A DNA stretch of 64,000 nt from positions 92,940,001-93,004,000 of the forward strand of contig NC_087436.1 of assembly GCF_036321535.1 (NCBI RefSeq), read 5' to 3'. The notes under the pieces were generated by a model. The model was not told the DNA's origin and ran no database searches. It saw only the letters and a program-made list of their open reading frames with translations. Position 1 is the stretch's first letter, and the number at the start of each line of letters is the position of its first letter. Both the position numbers and the translations under genes were made by a program. Positions 37,473 through 49,800 of the stretch are shown one piece after another. This DNA comes from Camelus dromedarius. Its lineage: Eukaryota.

Positions 37473-37616
37473 GGAAGGAGGGTATAACTCAGTGGCAGAG
37501 TGCATGCCTAGCATGCACAAGGTCCTGGGTTCAATCCCCAGTACTTCTATTAAAGATAAATAAATAAAAACCTAATTACATTTCCCCTCAAATAAAATGA
37601 ATAAAAAAATAAAAAG
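37473..37616 (+). mobile_element. Vic-1-like SINE
   Basis: ggagggtataactcagtggcagagtgcatgcctagcatgcacaaggtcctgggttcaatccccagtac plus tail; TSD gaaaacaattttga (37459-37472) / gaaaacagttttga (37617-37630). Confidence 0.9.
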
Positions 37617-38081
37617 GAAAACAGTTTTGAAAAGTACAAAGTACCTTCACAATACAAGGAATAATATGAATATAATTTCTAGGTAGAAAGTAGACATGCT
37701 TTGATTTCCAGATGAGAGTTAGAGATACTAAGAATCCTTATGTGGGTGGAAAATCATGCAATCAGTCCAATAATTGCGACTAATTAAGGGAGCTTGAAAT
37801 AGCATTGAAGTTATACCAAAGGGTCAAAAGGACAGCTGTGAGGTCTATGCAAATTATAATTTCTGGCAAAAGAAGTTCAAGTTGGGACTCCCCGAAATGT
37901 ACCTAACCAAAGGAGCTCTGCAGAGATTTTGCATATTGACCAATCTTTGCCTTGGTAGTAAAAAGAGAGGTTAGATTTTACTCAACTTTTCCTCAGTCAG
38001 TGCTATTGGGAGATCACGGCAGGAAGAGGTAGGGCTGAAGAAATGGTCAAACAAGGCCTCAGGGAAGCTTAAATCACTCAC

Positions 38082-38211
38082 CACCAGCAGGAAATGGTGG
38101 CAACAGTGGCGACCCAGCAGAGGCAGCTGCGTTTTGAAGAGCAGCTCAATTTGAACCAAGCCTCTGGGAGGACAGTGGTACTGAGAGGCGGGTGACCAGC
38201 AGCCTCAGTCT
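38082..38211 (-). ncRNA. Candidate 130-nt distal exon
   Basis: Long pyrimidine tract ctttctccactctccccacccttccatctttcag|A (AG 38213-38212) and donor GTG|gtgagt (38081-38076), in non-repeat sequence. Confidence 0.5.
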
Positions 38212-38714
38212 CTGAAAGATGGAAGGGTGGGGAGAGTGGAGAAAGCCAGCACCAAGCTTCATGGTGCACTGAGCAAACATTTCCCTCGGGATCATGAGCC
38301 TGCTGCTGGCTGAGCTCCTGCTTTGTGTCAGGGCTTGGGCTACCCAGGGGAGCCCAAAGGGAATAAGATGGTCTCTCCTTCCAGGGAGCATTTCCCGACT
38401 AGGAGGAGATCCCGTTTATTTGGCAGAGTTTCTCCAACATTGGAAGCAGTCTGTAAAATGATTAATTAAAAAAGTACATTGTACTATTTAAAAGCCAATT
38501 TTGATTAAATTGTCCAAGTTTCTTTGTATGATTCTGTAAAATTGGGATGGCTAGAAGAATTAATTGTCAGAGAACATTTTGTACTTCAAAACAAAACAAA
38601 CAAAAAAAGGGAACAAAAAGCAAAAAACCCATTTTGCTGCAGTGGGGATGGTTCCTTGTCTTTTGCAAATTTCCCCCCAGTTCAGCTACATGCTGGAGCT
38701 GGTGTTTGCACAAT

Positions 38715-38950
38715 GATGAGATATTTAGGACAGGATTTAGAGTCACAGGGTTGTGACTCCTGTCCCACAACTTGCTAGCTGTGTGTCTTGGAACAAGTTG
38801 CTTTGCTTCATGAGGCCTTGACCTCATGTATAAAATGGGGTGACAGTTCCTACCATAAGAGGCTGTGAAGAGGATTGAATTAAATAAGACAGTTTGCTGA
38901 AACTCAAAGCGTATTGCCAGGAAGCAAGATGCTCAATAACTGGTAGCTAT
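38715..38950 (+). mobile_element. MIR SINE
   Basis: cttgctagctgtgtgtcttggaacaagttgc...cctcatgtataaaatgggg...gctcaataactggtagctat. Confidence 0.75.
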
Positions 38951-39244
38951 ATGTAAACAAGCCTAAAATCTGACTTTTTCAAAAATCTCCTTCCCTCTCT
39001 TCCCCGCATTTACACACACACACACACTCACATGTGAGCGTAAGGGTCAGAACCAGAATCAGTGCTGCAAAGCCTTAGACCTGGCTCCATTCTCTCTGTC
39101 TCTGTCTCTTTCATGTTACTTTCTGCTGAAGTTCAGGTCCTATTATTCAGACCTCCCAGAGACTTAAATACTCTTCTACACTTGAGGAAGTCATTGCACT
39201 GAATATTACTTGAAATATGGATGTCCTTATACCTGGCTAGGAAT

Positions 39245-39630
39245 TTTTTCCATTTATTCCACAAACATTTTCTAAGCAGTAACTATGTGTTGGGCACAGC
39301 TCTGGGCCCTGGGGATACAATTTTGAAGACCCAAATCCTTGCTCTGAGCACCTGCCACTCTAAGCACGTAAGCATGGAGTGTGACGTCAGGTGCTCTGAG
39401 AAACAAATAAAGCAGGGGCTAGAGAATGACAGGGCCAGGCTGTTTTTGAAAGGATGACCAGGGAAGGCCTCTGTGGGAAATTACAGTCGAACAGATGAGG
39501 TTCACGAACATTCCAACATTAGGGAGTGATGAAGAAGCCATGAAGACATCTGGGAGGGCGGTGGGTGGGGAGTGCTCCCGGCAGAGAGATCAGTAAATGT
39601 GATGGTGGGGCAGGTCTTGACTGTGACCTT
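39245..39630 (-). mobile_element. L2 fragment
   Basis: catttattccacaaacattttctaagcagtaactatgtgttgggcac...cagggaaggcctct. Confidence 0.65.
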
Positions 39631-39852
39631 ATTCGTTGAAGTGAAATTTGCCTCCGTGAACATGACTCTGTATATATTCCTTTGAGAATTTGCCATGTTT
39701 ATGGGGCTTTCAATAAAAGAAAAAATTTGGAGGATAGTTGGTGAAGGGTAGGGGAAGAGTTTGGAGTAGAGAGAAGGCTTTAGGGAATAATGAGGTGAGA
39801 TCTGGAAATGGCTTTATATTTCAGTGAGCTCATTCTTAGGGTGCATCCACAT

Positions 39853-40074
39853 CAGAGTTTCTTAGTCTTGGCACTGTTGCTATTTTGAGCAGACAATTAA
39901 TTGTTAAGGGTGGGTGGGGGAAGCTGTCTAAGGCACTTCAAAATGTTTAAGAAAATCCTTGGTCTCTATCCATTTGGTTCCGGTAGTATTTCCCACTTGT
40001 AGCAATCCAAAATATCTCCAGACGTTGCCAAATGTCCTGGAAGGAACAAAATTACCCCTGGTTCAGAATCACTG
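39853..40074 (+). mobile_element. MER20 (hAT-Charlie)
   Basis: cagagtttcttagtcttggcactgttg...ccagacgttgccaaatgtcc...ggttcagaatcactg; degenerate TSD atccacat/gtctacat. Confidence 0.85.
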
Positions 40075-40179
40075 GTCTACATACTGGTGGAGCTGAGTTT
40101 GGAAGAATTTTTTTAATTAAAAAAAATCTCATCATGAGAAAGAAGTTTAATCAACATTTAATTCAAATTGCACCAGAAG

Positions 40180-40395
40180 GCTAACCATATATGGAGCAGC
40201 CACGTGTCAAGTGCTTTTCACGCAATAGCTTATTTCATCCTCACAACAATCTGATGAAGGAAGTCTCACTAGTGCTGTTTTATATATTGGGAAAACAGGA
40301 GCTTCTGGAGATTGAGTGACTTGTCCAAGGTCACACAGCTAGTGGAGAGCAGAGCCAGGATTCAAACCCAGGTTTGTTTGACTCTGAAGGCCTTC
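40180..40395 (-). mobile_element. MIR SINE
   Basis: atttcatcctcacaacaa...gtgacttgtccaaggtcacacagctagt...gagccaggattcaaacccagg. Confidence 0.85.
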
Positions 40396-40407
40396 TTCTG
40401 CTCTAGA

Positions 40408-40588
40408 TTTGCACTGTTCAATATAGTAGATGCTAGCCATATGTGGCTATTTAAATTAAATTAAAAATTCAGTCACACTAGCTACATTTCAATTGTTCAA
40501 CAGCAACACGTGATTAGTGACTACCATATTGGATAATGCAGACATAGCACATTTCCAACATCACAGAAAGCTCCATTGAACAGTACTG
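40408..40588. mobile_element. MER3 (hAT-Charlie)
   Basis: gcactgttcaatatagtag...ctagccatatgtggctatttaaatt...catcacagaaagctccattgaacagtactg. Confidence 0.8.
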
Positions 40589-42037
40589 CTCTCGGCCAAT
40601 GGGTCCAAGAGGAGGTGGAGGCTTAAGATAAGTGCGTAGATACAGCCTTCATCTCCATGGCTGGCATCCTTCAGGCATCAGGATTAAATGTCGTTCCTTG
40701 TCCTACCTCACCTGCAACTGCCCTAGTCCCCTCTTCCCCACTGCCCGCCATCACCTCCTTGGAGAGTTCCTGCTCATTTCACCACATTCTGAAGCCTCCC
40801 CAGAGAAGGAAGACACTGTTGCTGCCTTTGGGCAATCTTTCTCGCTGGCTTAGAGCACCTCGCTGGCAGGCTGACACAATCTACCTGCTGTGCTCAGACT
40901 TTCTGTGGGAAATGCTTGTAGGAGGCAGGCATGTTCCTGGCCTTGCGAGGAGTTTACTTTTGTTTGCAGAAAAGGCTCTTAGAGAAAGAGATGAGCCTGG
41001 CTGGAAGTCACTGTGAAGTCTGTTTTTAGTTCTGTGTAAACAAGACGTGCATTCAAGATGGCAAGAACATGAGAGAGACTAAACTTGTCCAAGAGCCAAA
41101 ATAAAACTCTGACATGGACTTACTCTACTCTGCAAGACAGATATCTTTATTACCATGTAGCCCTTTGCCTTCTTGAGTTCCTCCTGGGCAGCCCCCATGT
41201 GGTTTTGGCATGTATTTTTGCCTCCTGCATTATCAGGGCACAACTTTGTCAACTTGCCCTGGCAGAAGATGCAGGAAAGACAGGTAGGTGCTTGGTACCC
41301 ATGAGAACATGGTTACCCCATCCCAGATAGGAGAAAGAGCTTGTAGTTTTTAGTGATTTTCCCTTTGAGACAAACTTCTGAGAACCAGAGCATATTCTCA
41401 TTTTGGAAGCATGATTCCTTAGGTGTTTTCTACCTCTGGTTTCCAACGTTCAGGACATATTTATTGAGTGCCTCCTTCATGCCAGACACTGTTCCAGACA
41501 CTAGGTTGATAGCAGTGAACAGAGCAGACACATATCCCTGCCTACATGGAGCTGGCAAGTTAGTGGGGAGAGAGACACAAAAGAAATAAGTAAAATACGT
41601 GGGGTGACAGATGGGATTAGTGCAGTGGAGGAAAATACAGCGGAGAAGGAGTTAGGGAGTGCAAGTGAAGTGCGAGAGCGGCGACTGAAGTAGGGTGGTC
41701 AGGGATGATTTCACCGAGAAGGTGACATTTGAGTAAAAACCTAAGGAAAGTGAGATAAAGAGCCATTTGGATATCTGGGAGGATCTGCATTCCAGACAGA
41801 GGAACAGCAAGTGCAAAGGCCCCGAGGAGGTAGCAGGAGCAGTAAGGAGGCTGGAGGGGCTAGAGTGGAGAGAACAATGCGGAGAGGGGTAGGAGGTGAG
41901 GGCAGAGAGGTTGCAGGGGCATGGAGGACTCTGAGGTTCACCGCTAGAATTTGTCTTTTGCTCGTCTAGATCACTGGGTAGAGAATAGTTATAAATGATC
42001 CCTCTAGCTTCCGTACCTAGAATAGCTTATAGGGGAG

Positions 42038-42220
42038 TGTGATGGTTTTAAAACATGTACCCACAAATGCTTTAATGCTCCTCTTTTCAAAGGGCAGAAC
42101 CTAATTTCCTACCCTTGAGTGTGAACTGCATTCAGTGACTCACTTCTCACAAACAGCAGTGGTGGAAGTGGTGTGACTTTGGAGATTAAACACGAGGAGC
42201 AATGCAGCCTCCTCCTTGCA

Positions 42221-42274
<54 letters not shown>

Positions 42275-42602
42275 CTCTGGGGTAGCCAGCTGTAATGTGA
42301 GGAGGACATTTGAGCAGCCTATGGAGAGCCCAGGTGGTGAGGAACGGAGACCTCCTTCCAGGAACCAGAGAGGAGCTGAGGTCCTGCATGGACAGCCACG
42401 CCAATGAGCCATCTTGGAAGCGGCTCCTCCACTCAAGCCTTCAGAGGATCTTGATGTCACCTCAATGGAGGCGCTGAGCCAGAACCACCCAGCTAAGCCT
42501 CTCCTGGGTTCCTGATCCACAGACACTGTGAGAGAATGAATGCTTATTTTAAGCGTCTAACTTTGGGGATAATCTGCTATGCAGCAGTAGATAACCAACA
42601 CA
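42038..42602 (+). mobile_element. Full-length solo MaLR LTR (MLT1E/F-like)
   Basis: TG...CA ends with a perfect 5-bp TSD gggag (42033-42037, 42603-42607); ends ttttaagcgtctaactttggggataatctgctatgcagcagtagataac. Confidence 0.85.
42221..42271 (+). repeat. (CT)n microsatellite within the LTR
   Basis: Direct inspection. Confidence 0.95.
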
Positions 42603-42769
42603 GGGAGCAAAGGCAGAAGCCAAGAGACCAATTAAGAGGCTGCTTCAGAATCCACGTGAGGAGGTGCCTTGGAAGTGGTGGAAAATAGTCAGATTTGCCT
42701 TCGGGATACAGAGAGTGAGAGAAGGAACAGTCAGGCTTTCAGTCTGAACAATGGGAAGATAAACTATTT

Positions 42770-44070
42770 GAGCTCTTAAAATTATTCAACACACTCAGTC
42801 ATTCCCTCCTTGGAGGAATATTTCCTCCTGGCTTCCATGACACCACACTCTGCATCTGGGTTTTCTTCTATGTCACTGACTGATCCTTTTCATTCTTTGC
42901 TGGCTGTCCTCTGCTCAAGCCCTTAATGTTGGAGTAACCCAGGGCTGGATTTTAGGCTTCATTCTCTTTTCCTTTTATGATCTCTCTTTAGGAATTCTCA
43001 CTCTCTGTAAAGACTTTGAATACCATCCATATGACCAATGATTCCTATTCCTCCAGTTGTGTCTTTCCATTTTCAGACTTTCAGACTCAAAAATCCCCTT
43101 GCTTCTTGACATTTCCGTGTCTGTAGCTAATGAGTTCTCAATTTTAACGTGACCAAAACAGAACACTTGATTTCCTGCCACCAGTCCTACTCTCAGGACA
43201 GTGGTCTCCATCTCAACCCATGGAACCCTCATCACCTCAGTTGTTCAAGCCAAGATTTAGGGGTCATTCTTGATTTCTCTGTTTCCTTCAACCCTCACTT
43301 TTAGCCCATTGGCAAGTCTGAATGATTCCGTGTCCAAAACACATTCCAAACATATGTACTTCCTGCCATTCCTGCTGATACCGCTTTTAAGCTACCATCA
43401 TTTTTCACTTGGCCTCCCTCTCCCCCATGGCAGCCAGTGTGATGTTCAAAGGACACAAATCAGATTGAGAAGCTCTTATTCTTAAAACCTTCAATGACTT
43501 TCCATTGCACTCAAAGTCAAATCCAGGCTTGTCAAGGCTAACAAGCTCCTACGTGAAGTTGGCTCCTGTCTATCTCTGACTTCATCTGATACCACTCTCC
43601 CGCTTTATTTTTCCTCAGTCACTCTGACCTTCTCTCTGTTTTTTGACAATGTGAAATTCATTCCTGGATTTAGACATTTGCATTTGTTGTTCCCTCTGCC
43701 TGGAATACTCTTTTTCAGATATCTGCATGGCTGTAACCTTTGTATCATTTTGGTCTCCTACAAATGTCATTTTCTTGGAGAGCGCTTCCCTGGGTTCAAC
43801 AACTAAATCTCCTTCTGGTCACGTCTTGTCATTTCATCCTTTTTGGTTTTCTTCATAGCACTTACCTACCCAATAGTATCTTGTCCATTTATTTGTTTAC
43901 TTATTTACTTTCAATTTTTTCTTCTCCGGACACCTTGACCCTAACCTTAATCCTAACCCTCTTCTCTGATTGGTTACCATGTATATCTCAGCCCCTGACA
44001 CTATAGCTGGCTCATTGCAGGTATTTGATAAATAACTGTTGAAGGTATGCATGCATGGATAAATAAGTGG
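42770..44070 (+). mobile_element. L2 LINE 3' region
   Basis: ggcttccatgacaccacactc, gggtcattcttgatttctct, aatgacttttccattgcactc, tgttgttccctctgcctggaatactct. Confidence 0.8.
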
Positions 44071-44434
44071 TCTGACAGAGAAGAGAAACCTTGATCTACT
44101 TCTGCATCACCATCTGAACTCAGGGTGGCACGGGCAAAGGGGAGCTCCACTCAGCTTTACCAAGCCCTCACCTGTCTCACTGCCTTTGCATTTTCTGACT
44201 TCACCTACTTGATCCTCTCCTTCCCTCAGACATCTGCTCCAACGTCCCCATCTTAGAGAGTCCTACCCTGACCACTCTTAATCAAATAGATCCCTCTGTC
44301 ATTTATTTCTAAGGATTTGGGGAAATAATTCATCGCCGTTTTCTCCTCTGCTTAAAATATTGGAATTTTTTTTCACTAAGTTGATGAAGTTGTTAATTTC
44401 TGTGAAGCCTCTTTAAACTTAATGCTTGAGTGAA

Positions 44435-44785
44435 CATTTTCTGCTCTAAAGCAAGCCACCCAAAAATGTAATGGTTTAAAACAACAATTTATTTTCTCAT
44501 GATTCTCCAGTCTGGGCTGAGCACTCCAACAACTAACCCGAGGGACGGGCAGTGGGTGTGGCTATAAGCTGGGAGCTTGGCTGGGGCTGTCAATCAGAGG
44601 GCTTTGGTTCTCCTGGAGCCTGTGAACTCAGCAGCCATAGATTACTTGAGACCCAGCCTCGGAAGCGTCCTGTGTCACTGAAATCAGTTATGGGGCCACA
44701 CTAGCATCACAGGGAGAGGGTGTAGACTCAGCTTCTCAGTGGAGGATCTGGAAAGAATTTATGACCGTCTTTAACCCATCATCTT
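44435..44785 (-). mobile_element. MaLR LTR (MLT1G/H-like)
   Basis: ccacccaaaaatgtaatggtttaaaacaacaatttattttctcatgattct...ctgggctgagc...gaggatctggaaagaattt. Confidence 0.6.
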
Positions 44786-45984
44786 TAATAAACTCAGAAA
44801 GGCAATCATTTTGATTTCAACCTTTGTTGATGAAAATGCTTCTAAAAATATATCAGCCCTGCAAGTAGATTGTAATGGCCATGGTCTCCTCAATGATTAG
44901 TCTTTCAGAAACTCAGGGTCACTGTTCTTCATTTCCATTATTATCAAGTTTGGGTCCTAGCCCCAGCTCTGTCACAAGCTAACTCCTTTTGTTATCTTAG
45001 GAAAATCACAGAGGAATTTGGTGCTTGCTTCTGATCCACAAAATGAAGGGATGGAGTTACATGATTTCTATTTTCATTTCCAGCTCTGAGACACTATGAT
45101 TTTATAGATTCATTTAAAAACTACAAAAAAATTTAAAAATTAAGAAATTTAAAAAACTAAAAAACTACAGACCTCTTGAAGCAAAAATAAATAAATAAAA
45201 TAAAAACTACAGGAGGTTAGACTACACCTGTAATAAATTCAAGACATATCCTCTATGCATGAATTTCTTGGATGAACTTGTTTGCTTGTGTTTATGTTAT
45301 TTCTTTTCTTTCCTTTTTCTTTCTTTTTTAAAAAATAATCTATAATCCCATCACTGAGAATTTACCTCCCTTAACTCTCAAGTTTCTGGGCCTTTGTATT
45401 TGAGGTTAGATCAGACATGTAAGTTTGTGCTTGGCTTTTGGATGATGTTTGCACACCTTCCTATCTCAAGATATTTATAGTTGGAAAGACTAACCAGCTG
45501 GAGATCACCTGGTATGTCCACCTTGCATGTCTAGAGATGGACGGGAGGCCAGAATAGAAGGCAGGGAACAGAAGGAGGAAAGCCAACCCTTTGGTCTCTT
45601 TCTCCTTCATCTCAACATCACAATTTCCCTCTCATTCTTCACCTTCAAAATTTACCTTAACTCAGCTTTCCCCCTCCCTCCGTCTTCCCCAGCACATTTC
45701 CATCTTCTCCAAGGCCGTAGAGGAAGAGCAACAAGAGCTACCACAAGAGCTAATGTTTACTGAGATGAGTTAATTCTCTCAGTACCGATGACTGAGGCGT
45801 CACAGTTAGCCTGCTGTACAGATAAAAAAGCTGAAACTCAGAGAGCTAGTAACAAGATCTCGGATAGGAGGTGATTACATCCTGGATGTGAATCTAGACC
45901 CTCTAATTTCAGAGTCTTGAACCAAACACTATGCCATCTGGCCATGAGGCTCACCAGAAAAAAAATTTCTGGATCCAACTGACC

Positions 45985-46340
45985 GGATTTTGTGTCGAAG
46001 TAAAGCATACGTACTGAAAAGTATGAAAATCGTAGGCATAAAGCTTAATGAATGATCCAAAGGGGAACACACCCGGTAAACAGTACACACAAGAAATAGA
46101 ACATGACCAGCTGTCCAGGAACCCCCTCATGTACCCACCCAAGGTCACTGCCCTCTCTTCCCCAAGAGTAACAAACATTCTAAGTTCCAAATTAGTTTTT
46201 CTTGTTTTTAAACTTCATATAAATTAATCATATAGAGTGTACTATTTTTTAAAAGTTTATTATTTTAAAACTGAGGTATAATTGACATAGAACATTATAT
46301 TAGTTTCAGGTGTACAGTAAAATGATTCGGTAGTTGTATG
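45985..46340 (-). mobile_element. L1 3'-end fragments (old L1ME-like plus a younger piece at ~46255-46340)
   Basis: atagaacatgaccagctgtccaggaaccccctcatg; gaggtataattgacatagaacattatattagtttcaggtgtacag. Confidence 0.6.
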
Positions 46341-46434
46341 CATTGCGGAATGACTGTGTTATTCCATATAGAATGAAAGTATACAACATTTGTTGGACAG
46401 TTAGGGTGGGTAATTGTTGCTCAGCTAGTCAACT

Positions 46435-46835
46435 CATGGCAGAGGCTGTGAGTCGTTCTCCAAAGCCCTTGTTCTCATCTTCCTAGACACACAGCAGAGC
46501 TGCGTTTCCCAGCCTCCCTTGCAGTTAGCTGTTGCCTGGAGACTGTGCTCGCACCAGTGGGAGTAAAACTACTGTGTGTCCTTTTCCCCTTTCAGGAGGC
46601 TAGAATGGAGACAATTCCACAGAGCGACTGGTAGCTCCTTCTTGAGGCTGGTAGAGCCTCCATCAGTGCAGAGAGTCCCTGGATGACTGGTAGGGAAGGG
46701 CTGACTGTTCACCCACCCATTATGATAATAAATAAAGTACATTGTGTTTGAGTCATCAATATTGACTTTTTGTATGTATATATAAAATTATATATTAGCT
46801 GGTCTATTTGTCGCAGCAATTACACTATAATACTT
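46435..46835 (+). mobile_element. MaLR LTR (MLT1J-like)
   Basis: tggcagaggctg...ttcctagacacacagc...tttcccagcctcccttgcagttag...aaataaagtacattgtgtttgagtca. Confidence 0.55.
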
Positions 46836-49800
46836 AAGTTTTACTATGGTTTTCAAAATGCTTCAAATTATTTTAATGCTACTTATTGGCTTCAAAAAAG
46901 AACTAGAGACTTTTCTATCTGTTGAGACATCTTCAGTCCTGAGATGATATCCGTAGTGTCCTATGTGTCTGCTGAAGCCAAGCCTTCGGCTCCAACCTAT
47001 CCTCAGAGTATGCCTTGATAGGGCTCTTCATATCCACCCTCTTCTCTGCCCCTACACTTCCCATCAGCCTTTGGTTATGTGTTAAACAAATACCACTTTG
47101 GGCATCAATTGTGTACCACCAGTGTTATAGGTGTCGCTTAAAGTCAGTGAACAAAACAGCAAGCCCTGCCCTCATGCAGCTTAGAGGAAGGCAGTGGCCT
47201 CAGGAGGCCTCTTGGTTCGCCACAGTAGCTACGGGTACAGCCTAGCACCTCCCAGTGACAATAAACTGGTTGTGATGATTGAGTTTACTGTATAATTCCC
47301 ACTGAAAGTTTAAAAATATATTTCTAAAATGAGCCACACATTTCCATTTTTCTAAACACCCAGTGCAGAACACAGTTTTCCCTCATTATCATTGTAACTG
47401 CATCATGTGGTGACGTGGCACTAAGTCAGGGCCACCGAGGTGCCGAGGGCAACTCGCCCTGCACAACGCGGCCTCAGGCTGCTATGCATTTTGAGTTCTC
47501 CCGTCTGCCTTTGGTAGTTTTTCTATTTCCTTCATCTCAGCTGGGTTGTTGCTACTTTCCCACCAGAATCCATTGTCACCTTGTGATTTACTCCATGTTC
47601 CCCAGGGGAATGAGAGCTCTCGTTTTCTCGGATAGGGTTCTACTAAGAGGGACAAACCGTGGTTTTGCGAAGCTGCTTTGACTTCTTAGAAACTTTCCTG
47701 ATCATTTGTTGCTTCCTTGCTGAGTTGTAGTTAGCTAAGATTGATGGATATTTGATTTTTGTACCTGAGCCAAATTCTTGCCTGACGTTTGCTTCATAAC
47801 TCTGCTTTCATCCTTTCGTAGAAATGTTCCCATGTTGCAAGAGGGAAGTAAAGAGATTAATTGCCAGAAACTCTGTTAGACATCGGACTTTTTATAAAAA
47901 CAGATTTTGGAGAAATTTAAAGAGGTTTTTGCTGTGGGGGAAAAAAATAAGAGTTCCAGTGCTCAAAGAAGCTGGCGTGGGGAAGGCGGTCTACAGGGGG
48001 AGGCCCTGGAGCCCAGACAGAAAGGTTCCGGGAGGTGACTCTGAGGACAGCAGTTTTGCCTTGGAATTTTACGAGGGCCTGAAGTCCTGACAGAAAGAAA
48101 TGCGATAAATAATCGTGGTGTTGACTTAGGGGAGACACTGGCAGTTACACTAGAAAATGGGACTGCAGTTGACTCTAAAAATCTAATTTATGGATTAACT
48201 GGTACTCAGTCAAAAAAACTAATAATTCTGGGACTATAATTACCCACCTGTAGGCTTTCTATTTTTCCTCCAACTTTCTACTTTTCTGTAGTTTACAAAT
48301 GTTTAGTAATGAGCATGCACTCCTTTTATAATAAAAAAAATCAGATTAATTTAATTAGAAAAAAATTACCTACCAGGTGATGGGAGGTCTCCCATTAATT
48401 TATCACTGGGCATCATAGTCTGGCTTCAAGATCCCTATGACCGAGGAACAGTTACTCTTGTGTTCTCAGCGGCTGACTCCAGGTGATGTGTTACGGGGGG
48501 TGTGGTAGGGGAGGCAGGTAATAGGAAGCGTACAGGGAAAGGGTGTCTCCCAGAGCACTACCCTTGGAAGAGAGACCCACTGCAGCTCCCTCTGAGTGGG
48601 AGCAGTGCACATCAGCATGTGGCTTTGGGGATCTCAAAGGGACAGGTGAGGGAGGGAACAGAGGCTCTGTTTTTGAGGGGGAGGTTCTCTGCGTGTCTGA
48701 CGGTTAGGTAGGCTTGCTGGGGAGATCTGCTGCGGTACTGCCAGAAAGGTTTAAAAACCATCAGCATTTCTCTAGGTTAGACCTCATGTTGGTGTTTGGG
48801 TGACAGGAAGACCTGAAGTGATTTACTCTGTGTAAGTGGAACCATTCATTGAACTTCCATCTGAGGGCATCAATATCACATTATAGGCGGCCACTGTGAG
48901 CTCGTTAAGGAAATAAAGGATGCAATCCTTGCCAGGCCAGCCTCCAAATGGAAGTGTCTTCCCTTTCTCTGAAGTGCAGTGCCATCCTGGGAGTCCAACA
49001 TCATATCCCATGTGGGGGAAAGGAGGAATTTAGTCACAGTTTGCACTGAGGTTCAGAGGACTGCAGATGAAAATTAAGGGCACAATGGAAAATGAAACTG
49101 TGTCATCACAAAGGAAAAAATGTGTATCTGGAATTGGAAAGGATGTTTATACTCTGAAAGAAGCTCTCATGCAGTAGGTATGGTGAATGCACGACAGCTT
49201 TGTAATAATCGTTCCATTATTGATTAACTTCACATTGTGCTGCCGTTAGTTAATTGTAGCCTTTTCCTGTTTTTGGCTCTGGTGTCTAAAGGCAAAATAG
49301 GCCCTTTGTTATACTCTCAGAAGAGCTATTTACACATTTTGATTTGGCAAAGAACAGCTCATTTTTCTGGGCCCTTCTGGCTTTTTTATTCCACATGGAG
49401 TATGCAAGCAAAACTGGCTGAACTTTCAAACATCAGCAAAATTCTAATAATCACCAGACCGTTTCTTGCCTTGCTCTTCTCAAATGGCTATATTTATTAT
49501 AAACCAAGTCAACATTCTGCTGCAGAAAGGTCACATCTAACGGGTCCATCTGTCCGCTGTACTGATGCTTCCAGAGCCAGAGCCCCTCTGACGCTGAGCA
49601 TTCAGCTTTGCAGGCATCCGAATCCGGAATGTGGTTCTCTCCCCAGGGAAGGGTCCCTAAGCACCATAGTGGGGGAGGGGAGGCTGTGAGCAAAGTCATC
49701 AGCCCTTTAGAAGGCATCCTGACCTCCCCAGGACTGAACTTTCAACCTCTTGAGCTGACAGTTAGTGGTGGATTCACAAATTTTGTTTGCGACAAATTGC

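Larger units (their letters stand above)
41445..42760 (-). mobile_element. L2a LINE split by an MLT1 LTR
   Basis: atatttattgagtgcctccttcatgccagacactg...gaaggtgacatttgag...cagaggaacagcaagtgcaaaggccc; resumes after 42607. Confidence 0.8.

Noticed and set aside
42109..42526. ER/RE- and SL-repeat ORFs
   Set aside because: (CT)n microsatellite inside an MLT1 LTR.
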